DNA of 64,000 nucleotides, taken from the NCBI GenBank assembly GCA_963758525.1, contig CAVWVQ010000003.1, positions 4,544,001 through 4,608,000 of the forward strand, given 5' to 3'. Numbering within the stretch: the stretch's first letter is position 1; every line of letters begins with the position of its first letter. The stretch is from an uncultured Phycisphaerales bacterium (lineage in GTDB: Bacteria > Planctomycetota > Phycisphaerae > Tepidisphaerales > Tepidisphaeraceae). Below are positions 38,643 to 49,100 of the stretch, in pieces. The notes under the pieces are model-generated. The model was not told the origin of the DNA. It saw only the letters and a program-made list of their open reading frames with translations, and made no database searches. The position numbers and the translations under genes were made by a program.

Positions 38643-41185
38643 GTGCTTCCTCTTCCCATCGATCGCAGTCTGCCCGAGATCGTCGCCGCGGCGCACCGAG
38701 CGCGCTCGCTGGTGCTCATCGCCGAGCCGGGAGCGGGAAAGACAACCCGCGTCGCGCCGGCGCTGCTGGCGGCTGGGGTTATCGATCCCGCTCACCCAAC
38801 CATCGTGATGCTTCAGCCCCGCCGCGTGGCGGCGCGGGCGGCGGCACAGCGCATCGCCGATGAGCAGGGGTGGGACCTTGGCCGCCAAGTCGGCTACCAC
38901 GTTCGCTTCGACCGTCGGATTGGACGAGATACGCGGCTGCGCGTGCTCACGGAGGGCATTCTCACCCGCCAGCTCGTTGACGATCCGTTTCTCGAAGGCA
39001 TCGGGGCCGTACTTCTCGATGAATTCCACGAGAGAAACATCCACTCGGACCTGGCCATCGCGCTGCTTCGCGAGGTTCGCCAGACGGTTCGGCCGGACCT
39101 GATTCTGATCGTGATGTCGGCGACGCTCGAGGCGGAGCCGGTGGCACGATTTCTCGGCGACTGCCCGATCATCCGCGTGGAAGGCCGCACCTTTCCCGTT
39201 GAAGTTGCACACGTCGCATCTTCGGTTGGCATGCGCGCCGACGCGATCGCGAACGCGGTTGCAGATGCGCTCGACGCCGAGCTTCGAGCAGAGCGCGACG
39301 CGGGAGACATACTCGTTTTCCTGCCCGGCGCTGAAGAAATTCGCAGGTCAGCCGCAGCTGTCGACCGGCTCGCCGCCGAACGCGATTTGCTCGTGCTGCC
39401 GCTCCACGGGAGCCTGACGGCGGAAGAGCAAGCGGCCGCTTTGCGCCCGCGTCGCGCCGAAAGGTGATCCTGGCGACGAATATCGCCGAAACGTCGCTCA
39501 CCATCGACGGCGTGCGCACCGTCATCGACAGCGGTTTGGCGCGCGTGGCCGGATATGACGCGCGGCGCGGGATGGATCGGCTGGAGTTGTCCCGGATCAG
39601 CCGCGCCTCGGCCGCGCAGCGTGCCGGGCGTGCCGGCCGTACCGCGCCTGGGAAGTGTGTTCGACTCTGGACGATCGCAGAGGAACGGACGCTTGAGGCG
39701 TTTGAGCTCCCCGAAGTGCGTCGCGTGGATCTCTGCGGCGTCGTCCTCTCGCTGCACGCGTGGGGAAAGAGCGATGTCCGGTCGTTCGGCTGGTTTGAGC
39801 CGCCCAGCGACGAAACGATTCTCGCAGCCGAGAGATTGCTCGCGATGCTGGGCGCGCTCGACGCCGAGACGGATGGAATGATCACGGAGCTCGGTCGGCG
39901 GCTCCTGGCGGCGCCAGCGCATCCAAGATTGGCGCGACTGCTGGCGCAGGCTGCGGAGACCGGAATGCTGGCCGAGGGGGCGACGCTGGCTGCGCTGATG
40001 GAAGAGAGAGACATCCTCCTTCGCGAGTCCGCATTCGTCGCGCCCGTTGCCGGATCGTCAGACTTGCTGTGGAGAATGCAACTGCTGGAATCGCACGGCG
40101 ATGTCGATCCGGCGGCGGCCCGCCAGGTGATGAGGGCTCGCGACTCGCTCCTTCGCGCTGGTCAGGTGATCTCCTCGCGACGGGGTTCGCCGCCATCGGA
40201 TCGCGAAGCGGCGATGCTGCAATTGATTCTGCTCGCGTATCCCGATCGCGTTGCCCGGCGGCGCGTGCCCGGAGCGGGCGCGGCGGCCATCGTCGGCGGC
40301 GGGGGAGTGAAGCTCGCGGCGGAATCCGTCGTCCGCCAGGCGGAATTCTTTGTCGCCCTCGACGCGCGGGAGGATCAGCGCAGCCAGACGCGCAAAGCGC
40401 TGGTGCGAATCGCCAGCGCCGTGCGCGTCGAATGGCTCGAAGAGCTGTTTCCGCAGTCGATTCGCCGGGAGCGGGAAGTGGTCTTTGACGAAGGCCGTCA
40501 GCGCGTAGTCGGGCGTGGGCGCGTCTGGTATCGCGATTTGCTGCTGCGGGAGGACCAGGACGCGCCGGTGGACGCCGAACGGGCAGCCGAAGTTCTCGCC
40601 CATGCACTCGCGCCCCGAGCGGCGGAAATCTTCGAGGCCGACGCATCGGCCGGAGATTGGCTTGCTCGACTGCGCTTCGTCCAGAAGCATCTTCCCGAGC
40701 ATCCCTGGCCCGCAATGGACGCGGCGCAGCTGGCCGCACTTCTCTCGCTGGCCTGTCGCAACAAGCGCGGACTGGAGGAACTGCGCCGATCCCCCCTGGT
40801 CACCGTGCTGGCCGGATCGCTGCAATACCCGTTGGACCGACTGTTCGAAGAGCAGGCGCCGTCAGAGCTGATCGCGCCGACCGGGAGCCGGGTTCGGCTC
40901 GACTATCGCAGCGGCGCCCGGCCGGTGCTGGCGGTGCGATTGCAGGAGGTTTTCGGCTGGGTCGATACGCCAAAGATCGCGATGGGCCGCGTCGCGGTGC
41001 TGCTGCACCTGCTCGGACCGAACTTTCGTCCGGTGCAGATCACCGACGATTTGCGGAGCTTCTGGAAGACGACTTACTTCCAGGTGCGCAAGGACCTGCG
41101 TACGCGTTATCCAAAGCACGCCTGGCCCGAGGATCCGCTCACGGCAAAGCCCGAAGCCAGGGGGCGCCATCGTGCGCCCAAGTGA
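38643..41185 (+). CDS. hrpB: ATP-dependent helicase HrpB; -1 frameshift near 39448
   Basis: PGAGKTT, QPRRVAA, DEFHER, MSAT, ATNIAETSLTIDG, QRAGRAGR, LAVRLQEVFG, RYPKHAWPEDP. Confidence 0.95.
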
Positions 41186-41190
41186 ATCCG

Positions 41191-41946
41191 CTAATTACCC
41201 CCCTCTCCTGGTACGCCGGGAGAGGGTTGGGGTGAGGGGGAGGGAGCACGCCGTCGAAGGTTCTCAACCTGATCTGAGATAAGCGGCCCGCGCGCATGCT
41301 TCTTCAGTCTGCCATGACGGAGGTGATGCACGTAGCGCAGATCGCCCGATTCCCGATCGGCCAGCGCTCCGCGGATCGTTTCCTTCCCGTCTTCAGTCAG
41401 TTCGAGCACGAGCTTGAACGGACCGACCCGCGACATCCCCGGGATGTTCACTTCGCTGGACTCGATGAGCTGATGCGCAAGCGTCCTGGCGATGCCGGGA
41501 TTTTGCGTGTTGTCACTGTCGACATAGTCAGCCAGTGCAGCAGGCAGGCGTTCAACCGAATCCCCGATGAGACTGGCAATCGACAGCGTTCGCAGCAATG
41601 TTTCACCTTGCGGATCCCTGGCATCCGCGTGGAGGTCGTCGAGCGGATTGTCGTATACAAGTTCCACCGCGTCGTCGGGCCCCATCATCAGCAGCGAGCC
41701 AAAGGGGAAGCATTCGATGGTGACCTTGTCGATCGTGAGATAGCACATCTCCTGATCCGCCAGGATTTGATCCGCTTCGCCGGAAGTAATTCTCTGGCTG
41801 GGATCAATGATAAACCGCATCCGTGTATCGTCGCCTTGAAGGCTCAGCTCGGATGGTTGCGGTGGTCCGCCGGAGCTGGCGGCGCAGCCGCTCAGCAGCG
41901 CCACGCAAAGCAGACCGATGACTCGAGGAGGCGGCTGCATCTTCAC
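41191..41946 (-). CDS. Hypothetical lipoprotein
   Basis: Lipobox LLSG-C after a hydrophobic stretch; the last ~15 codons read through a repeat element. Confidence 0.6.
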   Translation of the reverse strand: MKMQPPPRVIGLLCVALLSGCAASSGGPPQPSELSLQGDDTRMRFIIDPSQRITSGEADQILADQEMCYLTIDKVTIECFPFGSLLMMGPDDAVELVYDNPLDDLHADARDPQGETLLRTLSIASLIGDSVERLPAALADYVDSDNTQNPGIARTLAHQLIESSEVNIPGMSRVGPFKLVLELTEDGKETIRGALADRESGDLRYVHHLRHGRLKKHARGPLISDQVENLRRRAPSPSPQPSPGVPGEGGN

Positions 41947-42039
41947 CGGGAATTGTAGGAGCCCGAGGATGCGGGGCCACAGCCGAGACGGCTGTGAAAC
42001 TTGATTGCATCACTCATGGTTCCAGTTTGATCGCGGAGA

Positions 42040-44068
42040 TCACTGTCCGACGACCGCGGCGGCGATGAACTGCTGCGCGAGTTGATCGATCTCTTGCTGC
42101 GCGTCAGCCAATGTGGTGACGAGCTTGACCGTTTCGTCGCTGGAGATGCGCTTGCGAGCACGCTCCAGGTCAGACTTGAACGTCCAGAGGCCGACGACCA
42201 GTGAAACGTCCGGGAAGCGGACCCGCAATCGCTTGGTGAGGTAGCGCGCATCCGAGGTGGCGGTGGGAGGCAGCGCCGAGATGCAGGCGATCTTCACCTT
42301 GTTTTTTTCGACGAGCTCCAGCACTTCCCCGCTGAGCACTTCGTGACTCACCGCTTCGGCGCAATAGCCCCGCAAATTCAAAAGCTGTGCCAGCATCATC
42401 CCCACCAACTCGTCGGCTTCATCGCGCGGGAAGACAGCAGACCTGCACCTGACAATCCTTCGGAAGACTCACCCGCGCATGGGCCAGCCGCGACACCGCG
42501 GCATCCTTCAGCGACGAGTCCGTCGAAGCTGCTGCCGCCTTGGCCGCCTCCGCGCGCGCCGCTGCCGCCTGCTCGCCCACCTCTTCGATCAGCTCGCGCA
42601 ATCCCTTGTGAACAAACTCCTGCCGCTGCTCATCAAGCTCCTCGTGCTGGCGATCGCGCTCGGCCATCGCAAGCGCGGGAATGAGGAGTTGGTCATACAC
42701 CTCTTCGAGTGATTTTTCCTTAAGGGACTGTTGCACTAATTCCGCCGCCTCTTCCTGGTCCAGCGCGATCAACCGCTGATACAAACGCACCGGCGGTTCG
42801 AGCACCGGCTCATCCCCCAGCAGGACGTTGAGGAACTCCAGTTGCGGAACATATTTGCCCAGAACCAGCAGGCATACTGTCATGGGCGTTGAAAGCAGCA
42901 GTCCGATCGGTCCCCACAGCGCCGTCCAGAAGACCGCCGAGATCAATACCGCCAGTGCCGACATTCCCGTGCTTGAGCCGTAGAGATAGGGTTCGACGAA
43001 CTGGCTGACCGTCACTTCAAATACAACGAATAATGACACGGTGGCGAAGAAAATCGCGTTGCCGGTGAACAGCGCAAACGAGACGGCGACGGGCAGCAGC
43101 ATCGCGATCCAGATGCCGACATATGGGATGAATCGAAGCAGGGTGCAGAGCAATCCCCAGAGCAGCACATTGGGGAATCCCTCATCGGCATGGCCGAGGA
43201 TGCGCCCGATCAGCCACAGGCCGCCGCTGACGGCGGCGCCGTAACAAATGTTGACCACCGATTGCGCCACGAGGTATCGCGTGATGCGGTGGCCCGCCTC
43301 GTCGATCGCCTGGGTCGTGAGATTCAGTTGTCCGTGTCCGAAGAGCCGGATCATCCTGTCGCGCAGGTCTTCGCGACCCAGCAGCATGAAGATCACCAGC
43401 ACGACGACCACGCTGGCTGTCGCGAGCGGCCCCAGCACCGACTGCAGATACTCCCACATGGCCGCAATCGGAGATTGCGGCGTGACAACGCGCACCGGTA
43501 CGGGATTCTCATCCGCGGGCTGAGTGGCCGGAGCCTCGCCCTGGTCCCCAGGACGCGCAGGGGAACCCAAGTTATGCGGCGATGGCACACCGAATGTTGC
43601 CCCAGGAACGTTCTCATGCAGCAGCGGGACGCCCGAAGGCGCCGAGCTTTGTGTTGTCGCCGGCTGGGTCGTTGGCTGCGCCGTGGCCACCACGCGCTCG
43701 ATTTCGCCCGTGGCTTTCTCGAAGGGCTTGAGAAACGCCCACACTCGCCCCAGCTTGTATTGAATGTTGGTCTTCGCCCGGGGAATTTCGTCGTTCCAGA
43801 CGGATTCCGCCTGCCACTTCACCACGTAGCCGATGCCCGCGAAGACAGACATCGACAGGAGTACAACCGTCAGCGTCGCCGCGGCGCGGTTGAACTTCCA
43901 TTGCTCCAGTTGCCTGACGATGGGAAACAGTGCGAAGGTGATGAGCGTCGCCAGCGCGATCGGGATCAGCACATCCCGTCCGACATAGAGCGCGGCGATA
44001 AAGACGCAGATCGCCGCCACGATGATCGAGCGCGACCCTTTCCCCAGTTGCACTTCTCGGCGAGCCAT
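42040..44068 (-). CDS. AI-2E (TqsA/PerM) family transporter with C-terminal B12-binding-like Rossmann domain; frameshift near 42425
   Basis: LIPIALA, REDLRDRMIRL, RFIPYVG, EPYLYGSSTG, WTALWGPIGLLLSTPMT, then CLPA(R)DEADELVGMML...ACISALPP. Confidence 0.88.
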
Positions 44069-44133
44069 CCAGTTTCCGATCTCCCGCGCCAGCGCGGGAA
44101 AGTAGAGCAGTAATCAGCAAAAAGATTCGCCCC

Positions 44134-44262
44134 CGTCCCTTCGTCCCACTATCGCTTCTTTCCTCGTACCCTCTATCCCTTCGTCCCTCTGTCCCTCCGT
44201 CCCTCTTCCCTTCTTGCCTTCGTGCCTTCGTGCCTTCGTGCCTTCGTGCCTTCGTGCCTTCC
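44134..44262. repeat. Octamer short tandem repeat (TTCGTGCC)n plus degenerate TCCCTCYG units
   Basis: Five tandem TTCGTGCC units; related inverted units (GGCACGRA) at 59094-59127. Confidence 0.85.
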
Positions 44263-44319
44263 CCCCCCATCCTACACCACTCGCACGCCGAAGCGGGATG
44301 GGTAGAATGTGACCGGCGC

Positions 44320-45078
44320 ATGATCGACTTGCCTTATCTATCTCTGGTAATCCCTGCCTACAACGAGGAGGAGACAATCAGCGTCCTGCTGAAGCGGTCC
44401 GGCGAAGCGCTTGCCGCGATCGGCCGGCCCTTCGAAATCCTGCTGATCGACGATGGAAGCAGCGACGGGACCCCGCGATTGCTGCACGAGGCGTTGTCGC
44501 AATACCCCTGGCTGCGCGTCCTGCGCATGGCCCGCAACGGCGGCCAGAGCGCCGCGTTTGACGCGGGATTTCGCGCCGCGCGCGGAAGACTCATCGCCAC
44601 AATCGACGCCGATCTGCAGAATGAGCCGGAGGAAATTCCCCGTTTAATGGAGCTCCTGGACGATTGCGACATGATCACCGGCTGGCGTCAGCATCGCAAC
44701 GACACCGGCTTGCGCCGCATCCAATCGCGCATCGCCAACTTCATCCGCAACTGGATCAGCCAGGAAGACATTCACGACTCGGCCTGCAGCCTCAAGGTGT
44801 ACAAGCGCGAGTGCCTGGAAGGAATGCAGCTATTCAAGGGAATGCACCGCTTCCTCCCCACGCTGGTCAAAATGCGCGGCTTCCGTGTCAAGGAAGTCCC
44901 CGTCTCGCATTGCCAGCGATTCGCCGGCACCCCCAAATATGGATTTCGCAACCGTGCCTTTCGCGCCTTCATCGATCTTCTGGCCGTCCGCTGGATGAAG
45001 AGCCGCTATATCCGCTACAGCGTGACCGAGGTGGTCGCCGAGCCGGCAATAGCAACCGCCACGGTCGCCGCTCGTTAG
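44320..45078 (+). CDS. GT2 glycosyltransferase (DPM1/ArnC-like polyprenyl-phosphate glycosyltransferase)
   Basis: SLVIPAYNEE, IDDGSSDGT, NGGQSAA, TIDADLQN, MHRFLPTL. Confidence 0.9.
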   Translation: MIDLPYLSLVIPAYNEEETISVLLKRSGEALAAIGRPFEILLIDDGSSDGTPRLLHEALSQYPWLRVLRMARNGGQSAAFDAGFRAARGRLIATIDADLQNEPEEIPRLMELLDDCDMITGWRQHRNDTGLRRIQSRIANFIRNWISQEDIHDSACSLKVYKRECLEGMQLFKGMHRFLPTLVKMRGFRVKEVPVSHCQRFAGTPKYGFRNRAFRAFIDLLAVRWMKSRYIRYSVTEVVAEPAIATATVAAR

Positions 45079-45135
45079 GGGTCAACGCTCCCCAAGCCCG
45101 AATGTCGGAGCTTCGTCATTCGGATTTTCCCGCCC

Positions 45136-46170
45136 TCATGCAGTCACGCTCTGGCTCAGCGCATTGGACGTGCTGCCGGTGAAATCCGTGTCGCCGCTGT
45201 AGACGGCCGTCACCGAATGGCTTCCGATTGCCAGTGACGTTGTTGTCAGTGTGGCAACGCCGTTGTTCAGCGTTCCCGTGCCAAGTTCGTTTGCGCCGTC
45301 CATGAAAGTGATGGTCTGGGGAGCGGTGGGGGCGCCGCTGCCGGGACTGACTGCGGTCACCGTCGCCGTAAACGTCACGCTCTGGCCGAAGTGAATGGCG
45401 GTGGTCGTGTTCTTGGTCAGCTTTGTCGTGGTAGATGCCCGAATGACGGTCTGGGCGAGAGATCCGGAAGTGCTGGTAGTGAAGTCGGTATCACCACTGT
45501 ACACCGCTTTGATCGAGTTGCTTCCCACGGGAAGCGAGGTCGTGGTGAATGTCACAATACCACTAGTGACGGTTTTGGTGCTGAGAAGCGTGGCGCCATC
45601 CATGAACCTGACGGTGCCGGCTGGTGTGCCCGCGCCGGGGCTGACCGCCGACATCTTCGCCGTAAACGTCACGCTCTGACCGAACTTCAGCGCCGTGCTG
45701 GAACTCTTTGTGAGTGCAGTTGTCGTGGCTGCCTGATGGACCGTCTGGGTAAGAGAGCCGGATGTGCTGGTCGTGAAATTCGCATCGCCGCCGTAGACGG
45801 CCTTGATGGAATTGGAGCCTGCGGGAATCGTGGTCGTCGTCAACTTTGCGGTGCCATTGGTGAGCGCGGCGGTTCCGAGGACGGTCGAGCCGTCCATGAA
45901 AGTGACCGTCCCGGTCGGCGTGCCCGCGCCGGGGCTGACCGAGGCCGTTGCTGCCGTAAGTGTCACGCTTTGTCCATATGTAATGGCGGAAGTCGTGCTC
46001 TTGGTCAGCCTCGCGGTGGTCGCCGCCTGCCGCACGGTTTGGATCAGAGCGCCCGATGCGCTGGTGGTGAAGTAGGTGTCTCCGCCGTAGCGGGCAGTGA
46101 TCGCGGGATGGCTTCCAGCGGCCAGCGCGGTGGTGGTGAATGTTGCGATGCCGGCGCTGAGCGCGGCAGT
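45136..46170 (-). pseudogene. Orphan array of about 3.5 bacterial Ig-like (Big_3-type) repeats, displaced C-terminus of the giant protein
   Basis: Frame is open from 7 nt past the upstream stop and starts mid-domain (TAALSAGIATFTTTALAAGSH...). Same repeat type as 46931-47810; no RBS or signal peptide. Confidence 0.75.
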
Positions 46171-46177
46171 GACGCGA

Positions 46178-49100
46178 TCAACTGATCACCAGCGAATCGA
46201 GGTTCGGTCCATCGCTGCCGGTGACGGTGAGAAGGATTACATTGTTGCCGCTCAACAGCGTCGTGCTCAAAGCTGTTGTTGTCCAGGTGGTCCAGGAGCC
46301 GGTCGGGGCAAACGAGAGCGTGGAGACAACCGTCCCGTTGACGGAGAGGCTCACGGGGCGGGCGGCGGTCGAGCCGTTCGCGTAACGGAAGGTCAGCGTG
46401 GCCGCGCCGGCCGCACCTGCGGTCACGTTGAACTGAACCGTGGAATTCTGATTGCCGAAGTCGGCGTAGCCGGCTCCCGTATACCCGGCATTCGCGTGGG
46501 CGGCGACAGTTCCACCGCCGAGTGTGGCGTTCTCGGCTTCGTAGGTGACGGGGACTCGGACGAGCAGGGAGTCGAGGTTGGGTCCGTCGCTGCCGGTCGG
46601 CTGAAGCAAGATCGTGTTGTTCCCGCTCAGCAGGGTGGCGTTGAGTGTTGTCGTGATCCACGTGGTCCACGAACCAGTTGGAGCAAATGAGACGGTTCCG
46701 GCGACGGTGCCGTTGATGGTGACGGTCACCGGACGAGCGGCCGTAGATCCGTTGGCATAGCGGAAGATCAAAGCCGCCGAGCCGGCGCCGCTGGTCGCCA
46801 CGGTGAATTGGACGGTGGAATTCTGGTCCCCCATATCCGCGTAGCCGCTCCCGGTGTAGCCGCTATGGGAGTGCAGGGCGACGGTCGTGCCGCCGAGAGC
46901 GGCATCCTCCGCCTCGAACAGGACGGGAAGCACGGTCTGGCTGAGGGAGCCGGAAGTGCTGGCGGTGAAGTTGGCGTCGCCGCTGTAGACGGCGGTGATC
47001 GCTGAATGGCTGCCGACGGCAAGAGCAGTGGTGGTAAAGGCCGCCTTGCCGGCGCTGAGCATGGCGGTGCCGAGCGACGTGGTGCCATCCATGAAAGTGA
47101 CGGTGCCGGTTGGCGTGCCGGACCCCGGGCTGACGGCGAGCATCGTTGCGGTAAACGTGACGCTTTGGCCGTAGCTGATGGCGCCTGTGCTGCTCTTGGT
47201 CACCTGCGTGGTCGTCGCGGATTTGCTCACCGTCTGGGTCAGTGCGCTGGAAGTGCTGACGCTGAAGTTGGTGTCCCCGCCATACACGGCCGTGATCGAA
47301 TGGCTGCTGACTGCCAATGCCGCGGTCGTGAATGTGGCGATGCCGCTGATGAGCGTTGCCGTACCCAAAGTGCTCGAGCCATCCTTAAAGGTCACCGTTC
47401 CCGTCGGTGAGCCGGCGCCCGGGCTTGTTGCCATCGGCGCGGCGGTGAACGTCACGCTTTGACCGAACTTCGTGGCGGCGGTGGTATTTTTCGTCAGCTT
47501 CGTGGTCGTGGCGGACTTCGTCACGGTCTGAGTCAGCGTGCCGGACGTGCTGGCGTTGAAATTGGCGTTTCCCGCATAGACGGCGGTAATGGAGGTATGG
47601 CTGCCAATGGCCAGCATGCTGGTGGTGAAAGTTGCCTTGCCGGCGCTGAGCGCGGCGGTGCCGAGCGTCGTGGCGCCGTCCTTGAACGTAATGGTGCCAG
47701 TGGGTGTGCCGGTTCCCGGACTGACGACCGCCGTGGCGGCCGTGAAAGTAATACTCTGGCCATAGACGGCCGCCGCCGTGGTGCTCTTGGTCAGCGTGGT
47801 TTTGGTGTTCGCGACCGTAGAAACCACCGTCTGCGTGTCTGCGGAAGCGGGAGCGGCCTCGATATTCCCGACGTTGTCGGTTGCCACCGAGTAGAACGCG
47901 TAGGTATGTCCCGCCACGCCGGTGAAGTTCGACGTCGTGAGCGCGGTGTTCGTCAGCCAGGGTTTGAACGCTCCGCCATTATCGGAGTCGTAGATCGTGA
48001 AGCTTGCCACGCCCGAACTGTTCGTATCCGTGCCGCTCCACGAAACGGGGAAGCTGGTCGTCGTGGTGGTTGGCGGCAAGGCGCTGACCGCGCTGACCGG
48101 CGGCGAGGAATCGATCGTCACCAGATCCTGTTTGGTCGTGTCGATCCCCTTGCTCGGATCCTCGTCATCCGCCTGGTCCGTTGTGATCGGCGCGGCGCCA
48201 TCGAAGACAATGCTCGCGACGTTGGTGATCTGCGTTCCATTGGCGAGATTCGCCTTGGGCGCGACGGTGTAGCTGATGTACCCCTGCCCGCGGCCGGTGC
48301 CGTCTTCGGGCGGAAGGAACCCCGCCAGCACGCTGGGCGGCAATTGCGTAGTGGGGTCGATCGAGAAGAAGTTCGCGTATACCTCGCCGGTGCTGGTGTG
48401 AATGCCGACGTCGACCCCGACGTTGAATGTGATCCCGTCATACGTCATCGGAACCGTCGTCTGGTAGGTCTGTGAGCCTGCGGGGATGATGATGTTCGTA
48501 TCTCCGAAGCCAATCTGCGAGAGCTGGAACGTGCTCCAGTTGAGGTTGGGGCTGAGTTGATCGGTGATGTTCACTTCCTGAGCGGGCGCTGTCGCGGAGG
48601 AGCCGTTTTCGAATTCGATGTTATAGGGGAAGCTGCCGGCATCGGCGACGTAGTTGGCCGTACCGTAACCGGAGGGGCCGATTTTGGCGTTGGGATCGTG
48701 GGAATTTACGGCTTTGATGACTGCGCTAAGCAGATTCTGGGCAAGACGACCGAGTAAGTCGTTCAGCGTATCCAGTGTCTTTCCAGCCAACAGCCGGTAC
48801 AACTCGACATTACTGTAAATATTCTCCAGCAGCGCCCCGTCTGCATAGTGAAACGCTTCTTCGACGGCCGCATTACCGAGTCTCTCGATTGTCTTGGAAA
48901 AAGAGCCTCCAATCGCACCAAATGCGATTGACTCGACAAACTCAGCAGGCTTGAAGTCGTTGTTAAAATGCCCGATTAAATAGCCGTATTCGCTGCCAAT
49001 TGCGCTATAAAAGGCAGCTGCTCCGGCGGTCAGTTCTGCTCCGGCGGCTTCGACGGCGATAATTCCCGTGCCGTCGATCAAGAGAGAAGCGCCTCCGGTC

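Noticed and set aside
46165..46185. Programmed readthrough or frameshift joining the CBMs to the orphan Ig repeats
   Set aside because: The stop falls at the natural end of the CBM, there is no slippery sequence, and the downstream part begins mid-domain; insertion explains it better.
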